64,000 nt of DNA. It comes from Tetramitus jugosus (taxonomy: Eukaryota; Protista; Heterolobosea). Shown piece by piece: positions 53,039 through 64,000 of the stretch. The translations under genes were made by a program, and so were the position numbers. The first letter of the stretch is position 1, and each line of letters opens with the position of its first letter. The notes beneath the pieces were generated by a model. It was not told where the DNA came from. It did no database searches and saw only the letters and a program-made list of their open reading frames with translations. The DNA lies in contig OW569345.1 of NCBI GenBank assembly GCA_937625935.1, forward strand, positions 310,001-374,000, read 5' to 3'.

Positions 53039-53887
53039 ATGTCTGCTGAAATATCGGTGATTGACCAACTGTCTTTCAATGACACAACAACAACAACAGC
53101 ATCGATAAAGGCACCAGTGGTGTCAATCACAACAATGCCATCATCCTCAGCAAGAACATCGCTATCATCACCATCAACATCTCTTTCATCTTCCTCTTCC
53201 GTTCATCACGTCGCTATTGCACCCAAACCATCTCTATTCGAAAGAGTCATGGGCGACACTGTCTCACACAAAAAAGAATCCCTCCAAATTACAAACCCCG
53301 ACGAGTTCCAGAGAAGAAAGGAAGAATATCAAGAGGAGCTCTCCAAAGAATTGAGCCATTTACCCGCTCAATCTCCATCGACCCCCTTTGGACGGAGAGC
53401 GTCATTGGATTTACAGCCTCGCGTGCACACGAGCCTAGAGCTGCAGGAGAATCTTAGTGCGGATGATATGACGAAACGTGGGAGCTTGGATCACTCAACT
53501 GTGCTCAACGTTCATGACCCAACAGCAAAAAGCTCTCGTAGCTTCCGTCAGCTCAAGCCAGAAGAAAAGAAGCAAGTGTGCATACAGGCAGCAAAGCTTT
53601 CACTTGAAAAATACATGGGTGAGGGATGGCTTGACACTGATAAGCAAAACAATACGAGTTCAAAGGTTCATGTCGAATGGTCTGCCTCTCAAGGATGGTT
53701 CACTAACTTTATTACTGTCCATTGTCATGTCACTGCATTTGAGTCTCACTATGACGAGAGCAAGACATTTGTTGACATTGTTTATAACATGCACATGGAT
53801 AACAACACTGGAGAGATGAAGACTTATGAAATGGTGTACAAGGAAATGGAATGTGAAACGTACTTTGAAGGCAACGGCAACAAATAA
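53039..53887 (+). CDS. Hypothetical protein (S/T-rich N-terminus, small alpha+beta C-terminal domain)
   Basis: Long ORF; first plausible ATG at 53039; no family recognised. Confidence 0.65.
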   Translation: MSAEISVIDQLSFNDTTTTTASIKAPVVSITTMPSSSARTSLSSPSTSLSSSSSVHHVAIAPKPSLFERVMGDTVSHKKESLQITNPDEFQRRKEEYQEELSKELSHLPAQSPSTPFGRRASLDLQPRVHTSLELQENLSADDMTKRGSLDHSTVLNVHDPTAKSSRSFRQLKPEEKKQVCIQAAKLSLEKYMGEGWLDTDKQNNTSSKVHVEWSASQGWFTNFITVHCHVTAFESHYDESKTFVDIVYNMHMDNNTGEMKTYEMVYKEMECETYFEGNGNK

Positions 53888-54053
53888 AGTCTAATTCTTC
53901 TCCAGTTTCCACACAAAGCCACACTTTCACAAATATATCATTCGGGATAATAATTCAGTTGTTCGGCAAATAGGAACATACCGACGACGGAACATAAGTT
54001 CTGATCGCGAAAAAGAAAATCGAAGCGCTTTATCTTCTTAGCTGGAAAGCAAC

Positions 54054-54917
54054 ATGTCTGGGCATCGAGCAGAACAATCATCATGGAAGAAGGCACCATT
54101 TCATTTTCAACAAATGTCTGAGCACGTGCATCGATTGAACATGCCATGGAATATGTCACGATTGTTGCCTGTCATCCCAGTGGCCGTATTCCTTGTTTCA
54201 GATGCCACTGGAGCATATCATTTGATTGATACGGGAACAGTTGAAATGGAGGAGATGATCATGAGTGCACTAGGTCATTTTTTCGACAGAGATTACAATC
54301 ATACGGACTTTGAAGGAGAACACAACTCAAGTAAGATATTGAGTAACCTGTCCAGTGTATGCTTGACGCACTTTCACCATGATCATGCCGGTTCGTTGAG
54401 GCAGCTGTGGGAACGTTCTGAACGGCAATTGCCAGTGTATTGCCACGAAGAGGAGATTCCATTTGTTCAGGACGGGAGAAAATTCAAACAGCAAGAGTCA
54501 CACAACTGGTTATTCTCGATAGGTCGTATGATTCTCCCCAGTCCCACGATTGAAGTGCCATGTAAGCCACTTCGTTCACTTTTGTTGGATTATCACTCCC
54601 AGGATGTCACTAATCATGTGAGCTCTGCTGATCGAATCGACAAGCATTTACAATTCTTTCACTGCCCTGGTCATACTCCCGGTCATTGTGCGTTCTGCGT
54701 AGCGAATGATGAAGTGTTGTTGGCTGGTGATGCTTTCATGAACGTGAAAGGAAAACTAGAGGGTTCTCCACTTGCAGCTACGCCCAATCCTGCTCAAGCC
54801 AAGGACAGTTCGAAGAAACTGTGCATGGAATGCTCCTTCACCACTTTATTACCAAGTCATGACTCAAACGAAGGAGTGAACAAGGAAGATGTTCTATCTC
54901 TGGTCAATACATTTTAA
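54054..54917 (+). CDS. Metallo-beta-lactamase fold hydrolase
   Basis: LIDTG, LTHFHHDHAG, PGHTPGH, LLAGD, LPSH; alternative start at 54114. Confidence 0.92.
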   Translation: MSGHRAEQSSWKKAPFHFQQMSEHVHRLNMPWNMSRLLPVIPVAVFLVSDATGAYHLIDTGTVEMEEMIMSALGHFFDRDYNHTDFEGEHNSSKILSNLSSVCLTHFHHDHAGSLRQLWERSERQLPVYCHEEEIPFVQDGRKFKQQESHNWLFSIGRMILPSPTIEVPCKPLRSLLLDYHSQDVTNHVSSADRIDKHLQFFHCPGHTPGHCAFCVANDEVLLAGDAFMNVKGKLEGSPLAATPNPAQAKDSSKKLCMECSFTTLLPSHDSNEGVNKEDVLSLVNTF

Positions 54918-54937
54918 TTTTTATTGCATTAATCAGC

Positions 54938-57900
54938 TTACAAACTTCTGCCAACGTTTTCGAACAATCTCTCAATATCTGCGGCACAGTGAACGAATGG
55001 CTTATTCCAAAATTGATACCTTGGGTTCTTCACCAATTCAATAAATGTGATCAAAAGACCCCATGGGTGAGGTCGATTCACGATCAATCTTTCAAGCAAT
55101 ACTCTAGTGATTTGTTCTTGAATCTCTTCTCTGAAATCAATTGTTTGGTCCGTCTTACCAATTTCAGAGAACAGGTAGAGTAGGACACAGCTGAAGTAGT
55201 GAGTGTGATTGTTTGGATATCTCAATTGATTAGCCAAGGCGTTCAAGAAGAGATATCTTCCTTCTTCATCTAGATTCACGATCAAATGTTCAAACAGAGA
55301 CATAGCAGTAGTATTCACTAGAGATGCCTCCTCCTGTTGTGGTTGAGTGATAGCTTGTACACCAACATAAAGAACGAGTGAGTTGAGCAGAGGAACATTA
55401 TATCTTGGTTGAGAGGCATCTGAGCTTGGAGGGAGCATCAGATTGGTACGCAAGTTAGACAAGAAGTCTCTCGATGGTCGTGTCTTGGTTAAGAAACCGT
55501 CAACTTGGTCCTTGGTGATAGTTGTGCTTTCCTCCAAGGCCTTGTAGTAGTGACTCAAGATTTTTGGAGGTTGCTTGATCTCAGCAAGCAGATCCACCTT
55601 CAAGTTTGGTGTGAAAGGATCTGGTAGACGCATATTTCTTGGGAAGGCAGACAGGATCAAGTTTCTCATTTGAATGCATGTTGGTGGAATGACATCGCAC
55701 AACGAGAAGTGATAGTTGCACAAAATCTCAGGGAAGTCGTGGAGTAAGATCAACAGTATCTTCAAGGTTCCTCTGTACAAGAGACGAATTGGTCCACTCA
55801 ATTCAGTATGACTCGTATATGGCTTGAGGAATGAGAGAAGGGTAATGAGCAAATCGTGGAATTTCAACCATCCGTCTTTGTTCTTCGAAAAGAATAGCTT
55901 TGGTATGAACATGCGATGAGAAATCAATTCTAACCAAGCAAAGCTAAAGCCTTGGAGCTTAGATGGCTCTAATTGCAAGAAGCTATCAGCAAATAGGAGC
56001 AAAATCTCCAAATATTCAGTGGATGTTTCTGCCTGTTCAACTGGATGATCATGAGAAGCAATTGGTTCAGTACTTGAGATTGCGCCCAATATGTCAGACA
56101 TCTCAATCAGCATATTCGAGAAGAAGCGCAGATACACTCTCTGATTAAACTTTTCACCTTGGACCTCATGATCCCTGACGAGAATTCTTGATGCGACCAA
56201 CAAGAGGTTCTTCATCAAACTAACACGCTTTGATTTTTCAGCCTTCTTGAATATCAAGTTGCTGCACAAATCTGTGAAAGTATCCACATATTTGAATAGT
56301 ACTGCAGGCTTGACTGAGAACGACTTATTCTGGTTAAAATCAATGATTGAGGCTTGCATCAACATTTGACAGAAGATTTGGAAGTCTCCATCGGTCTTGA
56401 GAACACCAAGCTTGACAAACTCGTTGAGAACTGTTTGTTTTTGCTCCTCTATGGATTTCTTCTTTTTGTCTTGCTTCTCTCCAATGGCACCAAACACAGC
56501 TCTTGGGGCATTAATTAATCTCATCCAATTTTCGAGTTTAGTGTTGAGCTTGTCTCGAAGTGTCTCTCTTTCTTGGTTTTCAAAGTCAGTAGAGGATTGA
56601 ATCAGCAGAGTCAATCTACTCTCTGAAACTACCTTGTTTAGTGGAAGAATTGTACTTGCTAGCTCAAGCAGATCTGACACGTTAGTGTGTGTATCTGAAA
56701 GTTTCTTCGCATGTTTGCTCAAGTATTCAACTACTCGAGGAATTTCTGAGCAAATGATGCACTTTTCAGCTAATACGAGCTTCTTGACAAGATAGATGGC
56801 TAGCTTGTTCAAATTTTTGGCGTTCTTTGAGTCACTGGCAAGTTTAGAGGCCAACGCTATATCAAGGTCATTCACATACACGAGTCCACTTCGAATGAGA
56901 CATGGCACCAGTTCCTTTGTAAATTTCTTATCATCATTGTGAGAGATCCAAAATTCATTAGTATGCTTAGTGATTCCGCTCCAACAACTTTGCAAACCTT
57001 CGAGCACAATAAAGAACACTTCTCGCAACAATTGATTCTCGGCTTCAAAATACTTGAGGAAAACACTCTTCATGACCGTAATACTTGTTTCTTCCAGCGA
57101 TTGAGACTTCATAATGATGGACGTAATCGATACTGCCAGGGCTGTTAACTCATTCTCGAGAGACAATGAGAATATAGTTGTTGGCTTCTTAACTTTCTTT
57201 GCAGTTTTAACAATATCTGCAAGTACTTCATTAATGCGTTCGATTGCTTGTGCAGGAGGCAACAATTGTGAAATCTCATCACTTGATGGAGAGTGAGATC
57301 TAAAATCTTCATACACTTGGAGATGTTGCCTGGTTAATCCATTTCTAGGAACAAGTCGAGTAGGGAGATTGCGTGAATAATTGTTCATGTTGTACATGGT
57401 CCATATTTGGCTCTTTCCTTGTTGATAATTCATTCTCATCTCAAACTCGGAGGACAAAGCTTCCTTGATACCAATTGATGCACGTTCAGTAGCAGCATTT
57501 TCAACATATAAACATCCAAGATCTACATTGTCGTTGCTAATAATTTCGGCAATTTGCTCTATCTCTGACATCAAATTAACATCATTCTGATCAACAGCCA
57601 TTGTTTTGAGTGCATTTGATAGGTAGGTCTTAATACTATTTTTGAGCAAATCCTTAGATGTTACCATTGCGAGTTTCGCAGCGAGGTTCTGAGCCATTAA
57701 TTGAGCAGCTCTATTCATCTTGCTGGCATCGGGTTCTGAAGCAAAATCTTTTGTGACGAGATGAGCAGTTGTTCGAGAGGCAATAGTGACGGATCTTTTC
57801 ACAACAGGTGCAACGATATCTCGAATTGCAGTATCAACAGCCATAATAACAAATCGTCTCAAACTTGGCTGATCATTAAACAATTGCAAACTTGGATCAA

Positions 57901-60900
57901 TCTTCACGTGCTCAGGTAACTCTGGAATACCGAGTGGTATTTCACTGATAAGGGACTCATTAAAGAGAGGCATCGTTTGTTGCGGTCTGGATATTTCAGG
58001 AGCAACACTAATGCTGCCTCTCTTTATGTCAGGAGACATTGGATTGTTCGATAAAAGAACATCTGAATGAGGTATTCTATTCTCCAACATGTTCTTGGTC
58101 TCAATCTGAGAAAGCACAAGATTCAAATTTTTGCACAACATTTCGACTTCGAATTTCAGATTCAACTTGAGCTCAGGTAACGCATGAATTTCAGCCAGCA
58201 AAGAAATCAAGCCCATAACCCACGGATTTGGTGGTTTGATTACCTTCGAATTTTGACAATGATTCAGGACCTTACAAACAAAAGGTATAACGGCGATCAA
58301 CTTTCCGTTTTCATATGCATCAAACAATAGGTTTTTCAGGTCCAAGTCCTTCTGAAGAATAGGCTTATTCTTCTCAATTGTCAAATGACCTAACCAGCTT
58401 CCTAGGTTCTTCAACAAACTTCGCTCGGAGATACTTGTTTTAATCTTCTCAGAATCCAACAGCGCTCGGATATTAGTGTATGTAAACTGTTGTATCTCCG
58501 CTTCCAATGGTTTGATATTCACTGTAGATAAAAACTTGGCATAGAGCTTATGGAAATTTGGTTCCAAGCTGGCTCTATTGGTTACCAAGTAGGAAGCAAA
58601 GTACGGGTACAACTCAGGCTTCAAGTATCTCTCAAGCTCAACTCCTTTGTCCGGCAAGTTTGTCATGGAGAGATTGTTGAGGATGAAAATAATTTTGTCC
58701 GCAACTTCATCGTCTGGACGAATCATCTTATTCTCGCTCGCATTTTGAGTCAAAGTGCTAATGTCAAGTTGGAAGCCCAAACTGCCACCAGAAGTTCCTT
58801 CTTTCTCGTCACTACCAGAGAGCTTTTTGATGTCCCTTGTAGGAGTGCTTGGCATACTTGGTGTGCTTACAGGTTGGGTGACAGTGGGCTGATTTTGCTG
58901 CATATTACCAACATTTGCGGAACTCATCATTCCAGTGGACATATTCTGCAAGCTCGACTGAATATGTTGAAGATTCTGCATATTTTGTTGGATGGCTTGT
59001 ACATTCTGTTGAATGCCAGGTAAGTTTGAAAAGCCTTGTAGATTGCTTGGAATAACCGGTTGAGTTGCAGTAGCAGTGGCGGCTGGTTGAACCTGATTCA
59101 AAAAGAAAATAATATCAGGTGCAGATGTTTGCAAGAGTTGAGCACTCGCACGCAGGTGAGTACAAACCTGTGGCCACTCCGGTAGTCGAGTTTTAAATTG
59201 ATTTAACGCAATTAGGGCAAACTGGACCATCTTTACATTTTGGGACTCCAACGCTTGCAAAACATAAATCAATGCATATCTCAAAGTCCTTGCCACAATA
59301 ATATTATTGTGAATAATGGCTCCAAACAACTTGGCAACTTTCTTGAGCTGCTCAGGTGGATATTGATCGAAGAAACGGTACTCGTCAAACAAATTATGAA
59401 TAACGCAGGCAAATAGACTTTGATCCTTCTCAGATTTTGATGCCTTCATATTTTTCAAAAGTTCGATTGCTTGCTCGATGCTCATATTTGAATTGAAAAT
59501 ATCTGTAAAGAAATTGTTCGCCTGTTGTTCAACTTCCTCTGAAATTGGAAACTCGTTGTCCATCATTCCTTCGTTGTGTGGCATTTGGCTTGATGAGAAG
59601 ATTTGCTCGTATAATTCACTAGGAATTAAATGCTTCTTATCTTTCAAAACCTTATAGAACACATTGATACAATCAGGTGTGACACTCTTTTCGGATCGTG
59701 TATCTTTCATTGCTGCAGATTTCTCGTTCAAAAAATTGATGCACTCTATTATGAAGGGATTTCTGTGTTGCTCAATATTCTTACTAAGCCAATGTTCTAA
59801 ATTAAGGTGATCTCTCTTTGCAGCAAAGGTAGCAAGCTCAATAACGAAACGATATGGCTTCGCAGATAAAATGATATCTAAAGCCTTTAACTCTTGAGCA
59901 ATGTCTAGAATTCTTCTCAAAGTGGATGGATCTCTACAATAGGTTTCAGAGAGTGTGTTGATCAATAGTAGCGGATTAACAGACATTAATTGATGCAATA
60001 CTGGGAAGGAGTGCTTGTGTGGCCGAATAAATGTCGTGACAAGAGTATTCAACAGTTCAGTTTGAAGTCCGATATGCCTTGGCTTTGCCTCTGCCAAACC
60101 AATAACAAGTTGCTCTGGGCAATGCTTAATTGGATAGTCAAATAGTTTTCTGCACTTCTTGTAGTTCTCTCCCTCTGCTAAATTGAGTAGCGTTTCTATT
60201 AGATCGAGACAGGACCAAACTGGAGATGTACTTCTTACAAGGGAAGTCACATTTCCTAAATTGACTTGTCTAAGGTTGGGTGATGAGAAGTTCAATGTGT
60301 CAGGAGGAGCATCAATTCCCAAGCTAATGAAAGACAATTGACCGTCAGTATTGTTCCACTGCTCCTTGACAATCGCTTCAACAGGTAGTGCTTCATCAGT
60401 CAACTTCTTGTAAATTTGAGCGATATTAGCAAGACCTCTCTGATCATGCAACTTGAATCCAGGAAAATCAAAGAGTCGAATAATCATTCTCCAATTCAAC
60501 TTTGGATACCTCTTCTTTACCGCAGAGACAAACGCATCAATATTCCACGAATTCGCATTTGATGAGAAGTTGTTCTCGTTGATAGACGAATAAAATGACA
60601 TTTGGAAGCTCGTATTGGGCTGTAATCCAGTATGAGTCATTGCGATTAACCCTATTGCCTTTGCGATATCTTGATCTGTGATATTATTGAACTGTGATAG
60701 AACCTTCGAAAAAATATCAGAATTTGCACAGCAAGAGTAACCAAGTTGAGCCATTACTCCACTTAGCATTGATGTGTCGTCATAATAGATATGCGATGAA
60801 TCATGTGAAACCCCCCTATAGATCAAAAGTAAATATGTGAAATAATTGAGCAAAGTGGCGTGAGCGCTGTGTTGTAACAAAAAAACAAAAATAATATGCA

Positions 60901-61703
60901 AGGAACATACCTTCTCGAATTGACAACAGAATCCGCACTGCTAAAGTGTGGAGACATGATCAAGTTGTTGGCATAACCACTAAAAGTCTTCATTATCCTT
61001 TCACGCTCTTTTGTAAAATCAGGGGAAGTATTCACAAATTGGAGCAAGTGATTTATGATAGTTTCAGGTAAAACACTTGGACCTTGTTCTAATATCTCTG
61101 GTATCTTCATCTTTAAGAAATTTTTGCCTGGGTACGAAAAGAAGAAACAGTCAGTCACCAAACAACATGTGAGAGCACAAAAAACAATAAAAAGCAACTA
61201 TTACTATACCTTCTTGTTGTGTATTGGAATCCTTGGATTGTGCAAAACCTAGGCCCATGAGTACTTGTTGAGAGAGTGGTAAATTTAAATTTTGACCCAA
61301 CAGCGATAAAAATTGGACTTGCGTATTATTTTCATTGTCTTCAAAAACCTCAATGATCAGCGATACAAAATTTGTTTGCGTTGTCAGCTTGGCAAACTCC
61401 TGCTTTAATAACTTGAATTTGAATTGATCTTTCTGTACAAGATTGTGAAAGTTGATGCTCTTGAGCAAATATCTCAATAAGAATCGGTAGGCTTCATGAC
61501 CATATGTTTGTGTTAACTGAGTGAGAAAAAAGCAGTGTTAATATTATCATGACAATATTGGGCGAACAACAATCAAAGTGATCACACGGTACCTTTTCTA
61601 TTTCATTCACATTATTTCTGTAATTCTTTTGATCGAGTGAGTTGACTAAATTGGTGATTTGAATACCAACACCACTGCTAAAATCTATTGGCATTGTGTT
61701 CAT
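54938..61703 (-). CDS. CNOT1: CCR4-NOT complex scaffold CNOT1 (4 exons; introns 61517-61592, 61128-61209, 60816-60910)
   Basis: NLFDEYRFF, ERSLLKNLGSWLG, PPNPW, LKLNLKFEVE, FAWLELISHR, QMRNLILSAFP, QLRYPNNHTHYFS, RPHPWGLLITFIEL; three GT-AG introns join the upstream ORFs in frame. Confidence 0.97.
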
Positions 61704-62011
61704 TGTTGTATGCTACTTTTTATGAAAGCGGTTGATGTAAATTGTTGATGTGTACAAGTGGTTGTTTGTTGCAATAGTGATTGAAAAAAATGTTCGTTTC
61801 TTGCTGAACACACGGAAATGATCGTCAAGAAGATTGTAGTTTTTTTGCTTGATTGTTGCTGATTTGCTCAGGAGAAAGAGACAATTTTGTTTGATGGGGA
61901 GATGCAGCTCGATCGGGCGGGAAAAAGTTGGTTGACTTCAACGAATTTCATGCGGAGAAACTTGCTACAATACAATCACTGGAACAAATCAATTAGTGTA
62001 CCTAACAATCT

Positions 62012-62573
62012 TTATTTTTCGTATCCTGGGGTGTCTCCCTGTCTATATCTCTCTACCCATGTTAATATCCATCTTCTTTGTTTGGTTGGTATTTCCTTCA
62101 ATTTCAGAGTTCTGGATTTGAATGTGAACAATTCTTCCCATGAGGTAAATTTGTCTTTATGTTCAGAACATCCCTTACCAATCTTTTCCAAGAATGTGTC
62201 GACCGTGAGTCCTCCTGTAAGTTGCATCAATCGTGATCAAAAAATGTTGTTAGCTTCATGTAAACGAAATTGCAAAAAAAATCAAATGACGATGATTCGC
62301 TTAGTGGGGAGATGAAAAAAAAGATGCTCCACACAAAAAATACGCACTTCTTCTTCTTGGAACCATTCCTGGCAATGGGGCAGGTTTGTATAGCTTTGCA
62401 AGTTTTTCGCGCTTTGCCTTCTCTTCTTCGTCCTCCTCTTCTTCTTCTCTGTGAATTTGAGTTTGAGAGAATGTTCGTCGTTGTGCAACAATCAATTGTG
62501 ATGGCGCAGTCATGAGCGATTGGTTTGTCCGGCCTGCGAGGGCCAATCTGCAAAGGGATGTGCTTCTCAACAT
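62012..62573 (-). CDS. FYV4: Mitochondrial ribosomal protein mS41 (Fyv4/IGR domain) (2 exons; intron 62215-62347)
   Basis: TVDTFLEKIGKGCSEHKDKF.SWEELF...LKLKEIPTKQRRWILTWVERYRQG; presequence MLRSTSLCRLALAGR; A|GA phase-1 splice. Confidence 0.85.
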
Positions 62574-62892
62574 TTTTCTGCGTTTTCTTTTTTTTCTGCG
62601 TGATTGTAAAAATGTGAAAATAGTGATAATATTCCGCTCAAGATGGCAAAACAAAAGACCTCTGACATTAAAGAAGATGTCACTCCCTGAACCACAGAGA
62701 ATCCTCCTGGAGACCTTGGGTTCAAAGTGTTCTTCAATGTTATGAATCATAGCTGGTTGCACGTATGTCTCAATCTCCGATACAAACGGAGGAATTCTCC
62801 AAACCGAGTTTACAGTTTACGGGAGGCCATTTCTGTCGGTTTTGACAATTTCGCAAAGATCTCGTTTGAAAACGAATAAGGAGATTAGAGAC

Positions 62893-64000
<1,108 letters not shown>

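Overview
Gene-dense, intron-poor eukaryotic nuclear DNA with the standard genetic code and short GT-AG introns (about 55-135 nt in coding genes). The gene repertoire and a 'CFG..N.SVCSG.G' EGF-type repeat suggest a free-living protist, probably heterolobosean or other Discoba (inference). There are about 30 protein-coding genes. Housekeeping genes include STAG/Scc3, NKAP, RPAP2, ferroportin, acid sphingomyelinase-like, ACH1, HDHD5, GCAT, ERG8-type phosphomevalonate kinase, CNOT1, mS41, CDKL and a probable EDC4. Elements that the ORF track misses or understates: (1) a predicted gustatory-receptor-like 7TM ion channel fused behind a signal peptide, a large beta-helix ectodomain and an extra TM helix (15760-18590); (2) an intronless, bacterial-type cysteine-hydrolase/kinase/phosphatase fusion whose hydrolase and phosphatase modules look inactive (12764-15718); (3) a non-coding host gene at about 41.0-42.0 kb (minus strand) whose three introns each carry a box C/D snoRNA inside a long flanking stem, plus a fourth snoRNA at 30032-30104; (4) a pseudo-Rab GTPase fused to three PFU-like repeats, a KH-KH-DUF1771-Smr nuclease, a pseudokinase-C2 protein and a decayed ferritin-like pseudogene. 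All family calls come from motif recognition and recalled consensus sequences; no searches were run.
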